Source: Octopus sinensis
Lineage: Eukaryota
Assembly (NCBI RefSeq): GCF_006345805.1
Contig: NC_043001.1
Span: forward strand, 1,612,001 to 1,676,000
Reading direction: 5' to 3'
DNA: 64,000 nucleotides
Each line of letters starts with the position of its first letter. Position 1 is the stretch's first letter. Made by a program: the position numbers and the translations under genes. A model generated the notes under the pieces. That model saw nothing but the letters and a program-made list of their open reading frames with translations. It did no database searches and was not told the origin of the DNA. This document shows positions 12,534 to 25,515 of this stretch, in pieces.

Positions 12534-13372
12534 TCTTTTACTTTTTTACCCGTTTCAATCATTTGAGTATGGCCATGCTGGAGCACTGCCTAAGATAGAT
12601 ATATATCAATATATATAAATACAAGGGTAAAAACTATTAAAATAATTTACACTAGTGGTTAGTATGCATAATAAAAGTCAGAAGACAAATATTTTTTAAC
12701 AGAGTGTATAAAAATTTATACGTGGTGACAAGACCAGCATGTAGACTTCTTACATTCTAAAAGGGCAGTAAATCCCAAACCAAGAAAATACATTCTTATT
12801 GCTTTTTTGTGGTTTGGGATTTGACTGCCCTTTTAGCATGTAAGAAGTCTACATCCTGGTCTTGTCTCCATGTATACATTTTTATACACTCTTATATATC
12901 AATATATATATATATATGAATTAAATTAGAGATAAAACCACTATTAGGCAAATCAAACAAGGAAAAACATAAACCAAAATATAAAAATAAAAATAATTAA
13001 TATAATATACAAAATATATAAAATACTTTTTATCTTATATCAAAATTTTTAATACTTTTTGATAGTTATATATATTTAATATATATAAAAAAATTAAATA
13101 AATAAATAAAAAAATAAATAAATAAAAATTTATAAATATAAATTGATAATTTTAATTTTAAATTTAAATAATTTAAATTTTTAAATTTTATATTTTATAT
13201 ATTTTGTATATTATATTATTTTTATTTTTATGTTTTAGTTTATGTTTTTCATTGTTTGATTTGCCTAATAGTGGTTTTATCTCTAATTTAATTTATATTG
13301 ATACTGTGAAATTAGATTTAATCCTAAGTCTAATTTTTCCCTGTAAGTTTGGAGTTACTCCCTAATATTATC
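11647..13372. repeat. Near-identical tandem duplication, period 886 bp, (TA)n at both ends and at the junction
   Basis: ttcttttactttttacccg starts at 11647 and 12533; I found only two substitutions by eye (tcacaaacc/tcccaaacc; catgctggtc/catcctggtc). Confidence 0.95.
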
Positions 13373-13403
<31 letters not shown>

Positions 13404-13439
13404 GAGAGAAAGAGAGAGAGAGGGAGAGAGAGATAATTC

Positions 13440-13610
13440 AAATAAACGAAGAAAAAAAATAAAATATATAAGCATAAGGATGTGAGCAAGAACATTTATT
13501 AGCTTGATGCTTGGTGAAAGGAGAGTTTGATGTTTCAAGCATAGCTCTTTATTGGAAAGGAGAAAGGGAAAAATCCAAAGACGGAGAAAAAATTGCCAAT
13601 GCCACTCATA
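13440..13610 (-). mobile_element. Putative Penelope-like element terminal repeat with decayed hammerhead core
   Basis: Minus strand ccaataaa-gagc-tat-gctt-gaaac-atc resembles CTGATGAA-GAGC-loop-GCTC-GAAAC-GTC. Confidence 0.4.
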
Positions 13611-14938
13611 TATGTTTATATATACACACACATATATATATCAACTTTAGGTTAATTCAAATATGTTTGTAAGATAGTTAAATTCTAATAGCAATTCCAC
13701 TGTTGTCATTATGGTAAAAGGTGTAAAAGCACCACACAAGCTCAGTATCTCCCTCTGGCAGACACCTGAGAATGTCACAAACATTTTAACCAACTCAAAG
13801 TTCATTTATTCCTCATGACTTCTTGGCGTTGATACCATTGTGTACAACCATCATTTTAATGTCCCTTGTTTTATGTTTACACAAGTCAGACAGAATTCGC
13901 TAGGGCAAATTTTCTATGGCTGGATGCCCTTCCTGTCCCCAGTCTTCACCTGTTTCCAAGTGAGGTAACACATTTCCCCAAGGCCAGATGCGTTTTTCAC
14001 AGAAGATTGGAAATGATGGAAAGCGCTTGTATGATGGCAGAACACCTTCACAACTAACAGATGAGGTTGAAACAAAGGAATGTCTAACAGACTCCTACGT
14101 ACTTCAAGAGAAGAAAAAAAAGAAGAGTCAGCCTATTCTCGATCAAATTTTCCAGATTGTTCTTCCTTTTCACCATTTCTTCAAAATAACAAATTTTACA
14201 TTGAAGGAGATTTGACTACTATTTCTCAGAGGTCGCTTCGTTCTGAGCACTGATGTCCATAGAAGGAAGCCACAGCACCAAACACTGCAGCATATAATTT
14301 TCCATATACAGATAATAAATCTTTTGAATAGATTAGCTAAATGGATTGAATTAATAATACAGAGATTAAGTTTTTATAATGGAAATTTTAGTGGATTAGG
14401 TGAGAAAATTTTAAGCTGGCTAAAGTTTAGGAAATCTTTGATAGATTAAGCGAGTTCTCAATGGAAAGTAATTATTTAAATGGATCACTGAACTTCTATG
14501 GAAGAATGTTTCATTTCACTAAGATATATATATGTATATGTGTGTTTGTGTGTATGTATATATGTGTGTGTGTATGTATGTGTGTGTATGTATGTATGTA
14601 TGTGTGTGTATGTGTGTTTATGTGTGTATGTATGTGTGTATGTGTGTGTGTATGTGTGTATGTATGCATGTGTGTGTTTTAAAATAATATTTAAATATAT
14701 CAATAAACAATCATAAATCCTCCATACAAATAGATATAAATATATACGTTGTTCTGAATGTATGCATATACATATATATATTTATATGTGCACCCTCTAC
14801 ACCCATGTCTACATGATAGATTGAAAGACAAATAGCAATATACTTTCTTTAATATGATATTAACTAAACAACATGTGCATATGCATATATGTGTGTGTGC
14901 ATATGCACATACATATATTTGTATGTACATATATACTG

Positions 14939-14979
<41 letters not shown>

Positions 14980-15609
14980 AGGTTGGGCTGTGCTGCTATG
15001 GAGAGTAATAAACTAAAAAAGTTACTCAGGCACTTGTTTAGCTGATAGCATATTAAAGTAAGCACTTTGCTCTAACGTGAAACACTATATGAAGATAAGT
15101 TTATTCAATTGCTAAGATTTGTCTATAGAATTAGCATCGTCATTTTCATCATCATCATCATCTTCTTAGCTGTCACCATCATCATCATCATCATAGTCAT
15201 TACCAACAAGTGCATCAACATCCATGTTTTAAGTCCACATGTAGAAATAAACTGAATATTTTATATGGAAGAATGGATAAGCAATTTATTTTGCAACCAT
15301 GTGGTTTTCAGTTCAGTCTTCCAGTTTCATTGCATAACTCCTTGAGCAAGTGTGTCTACTATCAGCCCCTGACAATACCAAATGTTGTGAGTGTATTTGG
15401 TAGATGGAAGATAAAAGATATTCAATGTGACTGTGATGTAGTGTGTGTGTATGTGTACGAGTGTGTATATAAACACACACACTTGTATGCATATTCATAC
15501 ACACACACACACACGTGTGCATGTGTCTGCGTGGGGGGAACTCATGTGTGCATGCACATATGGGGAACTTATGAATGGAAAGAAACCCTAGCAAAAACCA
15601 AGGTTGCAA

Positions 15610-15890
15610 TTTAAGGACTACGTCAAGTCCTCACTAAAGGCCTGTGATATGCAGGAGACTGATTAGGAGAACAATGTCTGTCATCGCCACAGATGGAGGA
15701 AACAGGTTAAGGGGGGGGTGCGACACTTTTGAGAGAGCAGGTATTCTGCATGAAGAACTTAAGTGTGCTGCTAGAAAGCACACTGCTTGTGTAGTGAATG
15801 GGGAAAGTTTGCTCTGCAATGTTTGCACTCATGTTTACTTGTCAAGAGCAGGGCCCATTAGCCACCAACAGAGCTGTAAATGTCTCCAAT
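15610..15890 (+). mobile_element. RTE-BovB-like LINE C-terminal fragment with C2H2 finger
   Basis: KDYVKSSLKACDM...HRWRKQVKGGCDTFER...LCNVCTHVYLSRAGPISHQQSC resembles RTE-1/BovB C-termini. Confidence 0.55.
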
Positions 15891-15999
15891 ACACTCACAC
15901 ACCTATCTATCTATCTATCCACCTGTCTATCTATCTATCTAACTGTCTATCTACCTGTCTCTCTGTCTGTCTGTCTATCTATCTATCTACCTGTCTAAC

Positions 16000-16340
16000 A
16001 TGTGACATTATTGACCGAGGTTACCGTGGTCTTTTCCATAGGCTTTTCTTTCCACGGATAAACCTTATCTGCTTCCCCCTTTACACTATGACATTTCTAT
16101 GATACATGATCCCTATTGATTGTTTTTTCTTTCCCTTTTTTCTTTCCTTTTTTTTATTTTTTCTTTCCTTTTTTTTTATATTTTCTTTCTTTTTTTCTTC
16201 TTTTGTTCTGTTTCTTTTTTTCTTTCCCTTTTACGATCCCTTTTGATCGAAAACCTACCCTACTTTTTTGTTTCCTCCCCAAAAAGAAAAGCTCTACTTT
16301 GTAATCTGTCCCGTCTGTGTGCAGCCCTGTGTGGCTAATA
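16000..16340 (+). mobile_element. 3' UTR fragment of the L1/Tx1-like family seen at 47.8-51.3 kb
   Basis: Aligns to 51062-51290 (gacattatt...ggcttttctttcca.ggataaacct...aaaaagaaaagctctactttgta...cagccctgtgtggc). Confidence 0.8.
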
Positions 16341-16399
16341 AAGAAACATATCTATCTATCTACCTGTCTGTCTATCTATATATCTATCTATCTATCCAT

Positions 16400-16750
16400 A
16401 TTTGTATATATAGGGGAGGAAAGAAGAGGGAAGGACCTCTTTTGGTCATGAATGACCATGGGATTGCACCTAAAAAGTTCCCCTCTGAGGCACAAGTCGG
16501 AGCAAGGTTTTTAATGGAAGACCAGCAGCCACCCATGCATGCCAGCCTCTCCTCTCTTACCCAAGGGAAAAGCAAAGACTGATACAGCTTGACACCAGTG
16601 ATGTCACAACTGACTCCTACAGCTAAGTGGAGTGGAGCAAGATGAACTAGAGTGTCTTGCTCAAGATAAAAACAGCCCAGTCCGGGAATCGAACTCACTA
16701 CCACATGATAGTAAGCCTGACACTCTAACCATGAACCATGCACCTTCACT
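16400..16750 (-). mobile_element. tRNA-derived SINE (same family as 55700 and 57435)
   Basis: Minus-strand head with A-box-like tggttcatggttaga and B-box gagttcgattcc, then cttgagcaagacact core. Confidence 0.75.
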
Positions 16751-16819
16751 GTAACTATTTATTTATTTTTTCCGTGTTAATTGTTAACAAGGTGAAAATA
16801 CACTCATCTATTTATAATA

Positions 16820-16822
16820 CAC

Positions 16823-16855
<33 letters not shown>

Positions 16856-16872
16856 CATATGCATATATATAC

Positions 16873-16904
<32 letters not shown>

Positions 16905-17022
16905 TACATATGCATATATATATATACATATATGTATACATATATGCATATATATGCATATATATATATATGCATATATATGCATATATATATATATATG
17001 CATATATATGCATATATATATA

Positions 17023-17081
<59 letters not shown>

Positions 17082-17412
17082 CATACATGCATATTTATAT
17101 ATGTATGTATATGTATAGTATATATATCAGGCTTCCACACAGTTTCTGCCTGTCAGCTCACTCACAAGGTATGAGTGCTACAAAGTGAGGTTTTGAAACA
17201 AACTTCTTAAACATACTCCATGCTTGCACCTAAACATACACACACACGTACTTGTGTGTGTTTATGTGTGTGTGTGTATATATATGTATATATATATATA
17301 TATATATATGTTTAAGAAGTTTGTTTCAAAAGCTCACTTTGTAGCACTCATACCTTGTGAGTGAGCTGACAGGCAGAAACTGTGCGGAAGCCTGGTATAT
17401 ATATTATACATT

Positions 17413-17474
<62 letters not shown>

Positions 17475-17606
17475 TATATATGCATATATGCATATATATA
17501 TATGCATATATATGCATATATATATATGTGTATATATATATATATATATGCATATATATATATATATATGCATATATATATATGTATATATATATTATAT
17601 ATATGC

Positions 17607-17656
<50 letters not shown>

Positions 17657-17715
17657 TATATATGTATAATATATATATGTATTATATATATATATATAAT
17701 ATATATATATATATC

Positions 17716-17754
<39 letters not shown>

Positions 17755-17802
17755 TATATATATATATATATATATATGTATATAATATATATATATATAT
17801 AG

Positions 17803-17830
<28 letters not shown>
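16820..17830. repeat. About 1 kb quasi-palindrome: inverted SINE-derived arms flanked by (TA)n/(TATATG)n arrays
   Basis: Arms at about 17100-17216 and 17308-17430 are about 95% reverse-complementary by eye. Confidence 0.85.
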
Positions 17831-17833
<3 letters not shown>

Positions 17834-18189
17834 GTGTTTATGTGTGTGTGTTACTTTAATACAGTATAACTAGAAAGCAACCGCAAAACACTGCACACAG
17901 CCAAGGTGCACAGAGCTGTGCTCAACAGTGCAGTGAAAACAAGCAATAAAAATATAACTACTGAAAAATGGCATTAATATTGTTGTGTTATCTATTATCA
18001 TTAGTTGGGATGAATCTAAAAATACTCTGCCAGGGTTATTTTACATCCTTTCACTAATGGTATTAGAAGAAAAAAAGTGAATTGTGTACGGGAAGCATCC
18101 AAGCTTTACTAATGTTTAAAATATATATGAACTAAAAAGAATATTTGATAATGAACACGAGAAGAAAAGAGGAAAACAACAACAACGAC

Positions 18190-18243
<54 letters not shown>

Positions 18244-18519
18244 GAGAGGAATAAAAGAAAAGAATAAAAACAGCTAAAGTATGTAGTGATTTGTTAATTG
18301 TGTTTGAAGAACATTAAATATATCTTAATTGATGATTCATTCAGATGTTTAAGAAAATAACCAGTTATTGACATTATTGAAATATTTTCAAAAACTGATC
18401 GACATTAATATCTGAAATGCTGAATATACACACTCGTATGTGCATAATGTGTGTGTGTTTGTATGTACGTACAAGTGTGTGTTCATATATATATATACAT
18501 ATATATGTAGGTATCTTTT

Positions 18520-18730
18520 ATCTAGTGTCTTTTACTTGTCTCAGTCTTAAGACTGCAACCATGCTGGGGCAACACCTTGGAGAATTTTTTGTTGAACGAG
18601 TTGACCCTGGGGCTACTTTGTTTTTAAGCCTGGTATTTATTCTCTCCATCTCTTTCGCTGAACCACTAAGTTACAGGGATGTAAACACACACACTAGCTG
18701 TCAAGCAGTGATGAGAGACAAAAACTGAGA
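18520..18730 (-). mobile_element. SINE 3' module
   Basis: ttttacttgtctcagtc...ccatgctgg...gaaccactaagttacagggatgtaaacac...gtcaagc. Confidence 0.7.
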
Positions 18731-19329
18731 CAAAGACACACACACCCACATGCATACATAAAGATATATAAAGGAGAATTCTTACAATAAATTACATGCA
18801 CATACATATATGTACATACACACACAATTACATCCACTTATACCAATCACGTTCTTAATGATGAAATTAACCTCTCTCTCTCTATATCTATCCTCTTTGT
18901 AATGTTGGCAAATGAAATAAGTATAAGAATGTGCACTGTCCATTTAATTAAAAAATTCTATAAGTGGCTGAAGATTGCTCGACATTTTAAAACTGATGTA
19001 ATACTTACAGTGTTTAATAAAATGAAGTAGCATGAAACATTACCTTGGATATCCTTGTTGCTTATTTTGATTATATATATAACTGTGTGTGTGTGTGCAT
19101 GTGTGTACAAGCACATGCACACATAAATACCATAAATACTTCTGAAGAATGTTACAGAAGAATGTTATTCAAGGAGATTCCGTTTTTGTATTAAAGTACT
19201 TTTTGAATAGAAAACTTTCAGTCCTTGCCTAACTTATACAACCTATTATGAATACTCTACTATATGTATTGAGTTCTCTTTCTCCTCTTTGGAAAACTAA
19301 AAGCATTTACACATCTACATATTCCTTTA

Positions 19330-19675
19330 GACTTTTATTTGTTTCAGTCATTCGACTGCAGCCATGCTGGAGCACTGCCTTTAGTTGAACAAGTCTGCCC
19401 CAGGACTTATTCTTTGTAAGCCTAGTACTTATTCTATCCATCTCTTTAACTGAACTGGTTGTCAAGCAATGGTGGTCGTAGTGGAAGGGAACAAACACAT
19501 ACACACATATATACAAAGTGCTTCTTTCAGTTTCCATCTACCATATCCACCCAGAAGGCTTTGGTCAGCCCGAGGCAGTTGTAGAAGACACTTGCCCAAG
19601 GTGCCACGCAGTGGGACTGAACCCAAAACCATGTGGTTGCGAAGCAAGCTACTTACCACACAACCACGCCGGCTC
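19330..19675 (-). mobile_element. Full bipartite tRNA-derived SINE with internal microsatellite linker
   Basis: Tail module 19330-19490, (CA)-rich linker, head module 19515-19675 (minus strand tRNA-like gtggttgtgtggtaagtagc...gggttcagtcccactgc). Confidence 0.75.
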
Positions 19676-20709
19676 CTATACAAACATATATGTGTATGTA
19701 TTCATGTCTAGCTATCTTCCAGTATCTCTCTGTGTATGTATACATACATACATATGCACTCACACACATTTTTAAATATGTACATACATTATACACATTT
19801 ATGTATATGTGTGTGTGTGTGTGTGTATCAGAGCGTGTTACAGTCATAATTACATACATACATACAGAGCGTTTTTAAGAGCACCCATTCACACACACAC
19901 ACACACACACACATAATAGAAAATATTTAAGATTTCCACGTTCTGACTTTGACCCTCATATTCAAAACATCATCAAGGTTAATAGTTACAAGTCAAAGTT
20001 GTTGTTGTTGGTGGTGTTGTTGTTTTCATTCTACTGGCAATTCATCAATAAACAATAACCTATCAATAGCCTTAAACAAGTAAACAGGAAAACTAATTGT
20101 ATCGCAAGTCCTAATTGACTCATTATCATACGAGAGACCTGATCTGGAAAAATATTTAGTATGTCGATAATATTTGCTAGGAAATAGAAACGGTACAATT
20201 TGCATCTAGGTTTTGCAGACTGGAAGAGAGAAATTTGAATAATAGGAGAAATAAACAATAAAACAAAACAAAAAAAATCTGTAAAATTGATTGAAACCAG
20301 TGAAAGTAAAATATAATAATAATAATAATGATAATAATAGTGATAATAATAATAATGATGATGATGAATTTGATAATGTAAAGTATTGGTTTATCAAAAA
20401 TACTTTGAGATAATAAAGCACGATAATTATAAAAACATTCATTATCATTTCTAATCTTATAAGTGCCTGTTATGAGATGGCGAAGGACACAAATCCAGGC
20501 ATCTCCCATTACAGATGGGTGTGTTTTATGCAGGAATAACAGTCAAATCTAACTTGGACATTTTATCCTAATATGAAAATCCTATTGGTTGATATGGCCC
20601 CCACCATCAAGAGACAAAATAGGAGAGTCATTGCTGGAACCCCTTGGCTTAATTCAGGATACCCTGCAGTTAAACAACAACATTCATCTTCTGTTGGAAT
20701 ATAAGTAAT

Positions 20710-21060
20710 CTTTTATCATTAGACTGTGGCCATGCTGGGGCACCACTTTCAAGAATTATACTTAAAGGAACTGACCTCCGCATCTATTTCTTTAAGCCTG
20801 GTTCTTATTCTATTGGTCTTTTTTGCTGAACCACTAAGTTATAGGGATGTAACCACACCAACACCAGTTGCCAAGTGGTTGAGCAGTGCAACAGACTCAG
20901 ACACACACGCGATAGTCTTCTCTCAGTTTCCATCAACCAAATCTACTCATAAGGCTTTGGTTGGCTTAAGGCTATAGTAGAAGATATTTGCCCAAGATGC
21001 CACACAGTGGGACTGAACCTGGAGCCAGGTGGTTTACAAGCAAACTTCTTACTATAATGT
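20710..21060 (-). mobile_element. Bipartite SINE copy
   Basis: Same two modules as 19330-19675. Confidence 0.7.
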
Positions 21061-22959
21061 AGAGGATGCAGAAATTACTTCTACTTCCAATAACAATTAA
21101 CCCTCTGCAATATTCAGGTGGGACCCACAATGGGATCCTGCCTGCAAATCCGAGTCAGTGCTGCTGCTATCACTACTGTCACAGACATCCTAAAACCCAT
21201 CCAGGGGCAATCCATTTGACTAATTAAAATACTCGTGAACATATTCCATCTCCAAACTTATGGATGTACACCTCTTTCTCTCTCTCTCTCTGCCTCCTTG
21301 CTTACTACAATGGTCCTCTGCGCCACAGCTCTGGTTCATCATGTGCCACCTTTAATCTCCATTCAGTTCTTTCCCCTCCTCCAATCCCCCCCCTCGATCT
21401 TTCTTCTCTAAAATTTCTGCCATTCTTGACTTGCAACAGTTTTTATTTATTTATCTATTTTACTATCTTTTAGTTGGGTGGTGGGGGTGGGGTGGGGGGT
21501 GGAGGCACTGCCTGTAACCATTCCCAGGATCTTCGAAACTTATGAAAGGGCACGAAGAACCAGATTTGAATGAAATTTGCTTGAGACACTCGAGGTAACA
21601 AAAGTGTTGTGTTAAACCAGGTAATGTCTGTCATCTCGGTTGGCCATGGAAGGATTTGAACCACCAAAATAAAGAGCTGGAACACAAATACAAGATATCT
21701 GGCCTGATGTTCTTACAATTTCACCAATTCCCCAGCCCTCCACTTCCTCTCAATCAATTTTTATCAACCTTCAAAGATGAAAGGAAGGTTTGAGTCAAAT
21801 GGAATTTGAACACAAATACTTTTATTAGAGTTCACTCTGGCAAACAACCAGGCCAGGTTTTTAAATGAAAGGTGCCTCCTTTCCTCCCTTCTACCCTTCC
21901 ACCAACCTTAGAGGCCCCTGTAAAGGGTCCTTCACACTGCCTTCTCCCACTCCCCATAAAAAGGGTAGATTATAAGTCAGATACAGATTTGTATAATACT
22001 GCAGAGGCAAACAAATTATCAGACTTAAAAGCAATCTTATTCAGTTTAATTTCTCTGGGATGTCATCTGCATAGTAAACAATAGTTAAGTTGGTATTTGC
22101 ATAATTAACATGAAAACGAAACTAATTAGAAATAATTATGTGATGAAGTAATTACAACAGTTGGTCTCTATTTAACATTACTGGAATCTTTATGGCAAGT
22201 ACAACAGACAACTCTCGACAGGGTCCAGACTAATTAAATCTCCTCAGGAAAACAGATTTATTTCATTGCAGTCGAGTAAATAACGAAGAGAGAAGAATCA
22301 TTATGAAGAGGTGGAAAAACAGTGAGTTTATAAGAATTAATTTATTGATGTTAATTAAAGATTTTTTGATAAATATGCTGAGTCATTTTTGCTGTAATTA
22401 AGCAATTAATTATTGCTTATGAAGTTGTAGGCCTTGTTGTGAGTGAGCTTGGTTTCTGATCATAATGGCAAAGGTTCAATTCCTGAACTAGGCGGTGCAT
22501 TGTGTCCTTGAGCAAGGTACTTCATTTCGTGTTGCTCCAGTCTCAGCTGAGTGTGTGTGTAGTAGGCTGCAGCTCTTTTTGTTCCCTCTAACAGTCACAT
22601 CCTGGTCATGCTGATGGATCAGAGTGTGGAAGGGGGAAAAGTGGTCATCTATATTCGCTTGTGGTTATACAGGCACCTAAAACAATTGGTGAAAGCATGG
22701 GACGTATGACCAAGCCAGACTCATTCATGGATGATGCTCGTCTTCTGATTATTACTCAGCTGAATAACAACTGAGTTTGTGTGACATACATGACTAACAT
22801 ACGTCGGTTGGCTCGATCCAAATAATTTAGTTCATTAGCAACTATGATGTGTATGTCAGTGTTTTACAGTTGAAGGAGACTTTGAGACAGAATTAAGATA
22901 ATCTTCGTCTTTGGCTGGAATAGCAGAAAACAGAATTTTATGTAGCATTTAGTCAGTCA

Positions 22960-23770
22960 TTTAAGTTGTGAGTTCTGAGTTCTGATCCTGCTGAATTTAG
23001 TTTTGTTTTACTTTCTTCTGGGGTCAATAAAATGAAATACCAAACAGCTACTGAGGTTGATAAAACTGGGTTTTCCCTGCTTTTAAATTTCCTGGCTTTC
23101 TGTCAATGCTGGAAATCATTATCATTTTTGCAATTATTTCTATTAAGCGACAATGGATTATTAGGATTAATAAAATGCTTTGCAGTGTTTTGTCACAAGT
23201 TTTTGCATCCTGAGTTCAAATCTTAAGTTTCACTTTATCTTCTATTTCTTTGGGATTGATAAACTAAAACAGCAGTGAAGAAATAGGGATTGATTTCATT
23301 GATTACCACCAACACTCCTACCCCCAACACATTGCTAGTCTTGTGTCTAAATTAAAAATCATTAATTAGTATGGTGGATTTGCAGAATCACTAGAGCACA
23401 GGGCAAAACACTCCACAGTTTCCAGTTGCTTCTATTCTGTGTTCAAATCCTGCTTGTAGTCAACTTGGTGATCAGGGTTGAAAAAATAAAGAACCAGTCT
23501 TGTACTGAAGTCAAAACTATTGATTAAGCTACTTCCCACAAAACATCAAACATTGTGCCGCTGTTAGAAATCGTTGGGATGCCTGGCCGAATGCTTTGCA
23601 ATATTTTGTCTGTCTTTATGTTCTGAGTTCAAATTCCACTGAGGTTGACTTTGCCTTTCATCTCTCCATGGTCAATAAAATGCATACCAGTTGAGCACTG
23701 GGGTTAATGCAACTGACTATACCCCTCCCAACAAAATATATTGCTGGGCTTGTGCTAAAATTTGAAATCC
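22960..23770 (+). repeat. Cluster of about four co-oriented copies of a short interspersed repeat
   Basis: (c)tgagttcaaat...gactttgcctttcat...ggtcaataaaa...accag recurs at about 22970, 23210, 23440 and 23620; dispersed copies at about 1080 (reverse), 4620, 4890, 31260 (reverse) and 37560. Confidence 0.65.
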
Positions 23771-24479
23771 TTATTATTATCGATTATTGTTATCATTATT
23801 ATTATTATTATTGATTGCATTCTCAACCTACTGAAGTGTACAACTTTGAATCATCAAATAATGTATTCTATAAAACAGTATCTTTTAATTCCCTGCAGAC
23901 TTTCCTTTTTAATTAGAATTAAGCTTTGTTGTGTAAAAAAAAAAAAAACCAACCCAAAATCTATTCTACAAGAGCTGTAGAAAATATTCCAAGTGACAGG
24001 TCTTCATAAACTTAAAAGGAAACTTCAAAGCAGTTGTTTGCCTTGAAACTTCAACAGGTCAATCAATCAATAAACGATCCCTTTAGATCTTGTTTCAGCC
24101 ATTGGACAGCAGCCATGCTGGGGCACCACCTTGAAGGATGTTACTTTTTGCATAGCTTTCTTTTTAACTTTTTTTTTGTTGTATCTTGGGAGGATTCAAG
24201 TTGTCTGAAAGTTCTGCTAATTTCCTTAATATCTCTCCAAGGAACATCAACCAAAACTGTTTGTCTTGGATTTCCTCCTTGTCACAGTTGGGAGCCCATT
24301 GATCTGGGATCCAAAAACATTCTACCTATCACAGGCATATCATTGATATAGACATTGTCTATCTAGGAGTACATTATAGAATCATCCTTCTTTAGTTGCT
24401 TATTCTAGCCAGTCAAGAGATCAAGTTAAACTTCTCTTATACTTACAGATATACGATATATATATATATTCTTTATTTT

Positions 24480-24870
24480 TGTTCTTTTAATTTGTTTCAA
24501 TTGTTAGAGTTTGGTCATACTGAAGCACTGCCTTGAAGAAATTTTAGTTGAACAAGTTGACTCTTGGACTTCTTTCTTCTTTTAAACCTAGCACTTATTC
24601 TATCATTTTCTTTTTCCTAAACCATTAAGTTATGGGGACATAAACAAACCAACACTGGTTGTCAAATAGTGGAGATGGGGGAAAAAACACATGCATGCAC
24701 GCACACACACACATACGATGGGCTTCTTTCAGTTTCCATCCACTAAATCCTCTCACAAGGCTTTAGTTGGCCTGTGACTAATAGTAGAAAACACTTATCC
24801 AAGGTGCCATGCAGTGGGATTGAACCTGGAACCATGTGGTTGGGAAGCAAACTTCTTACCACACAACCAT
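24480..24870 (-). mobile_element. Bipartite SINE copy
   Basis: Same two modules as 19330-19675. Confidence 0.7.
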
Positions 24871-25114
24871 GTCTCTGCCTATATATACCATTCATATCCT
24901 TATTACCATCTTTTTAACATTTACTTCTGTATAGGTCAGACTGGAGTATGTTGATGCCCTTTCAGTGGCCAACCCCCCCTCGTTCTCAGGTGACGTAATA
25001 TTTGTATAAATTGACAGCCATTTGTTCACCGTAACTGATGACAAGACAAAGAAACATGGAAATTCTACAACTACAAGAAATTACTGAATAAAAAGAATGT
25101 CAAGAACAGGAGGG

Positions 25115-25153
<39 letters not shown>

Positions 25154-25515
25154 CTCTATGTAAAGCCGAACAGAGTGACTGGAATTGACAAAAACTGAAA
25201 TAGCTGTTGTTTAAAAATGAAAGTAGGGAAAGCAATTGGATCAGAAAAGTCATTGAAAGAGCGAAAATTCGATAGAAGCAGAGGCAAAAACTAGTCACGA
25301 TGAGAATGAATCAAAAGAGTAAGGATCATTGCCAATGACCAGAGGTGTGGTAGAGGCATCAGTGATTCCATGGAGACTATTGATGTGAGGTGTTCTGGAT
25401 CCAAGCAAGGACGTGTTTTTGCAGAATAATGGAAATGAATGACTTTCATTTATGACAATCATGTGATATCAAGTGAAGGGGACAGAAACATTCATACAGA
25501 CATATATATATCTGT

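Noticed and set aside
20031-20219. Very strong minus-strand acceptor (tttctctcttccag) at 20220
   Set aside because: No good donor or recognisable peptide; the pyrimidine tract may be low-complexity sequence
25036-25065. CTGATGA...GAAAC
   Set aside because: The intervening caagacaaa cannot form helix II, and there is no NUH or helix I
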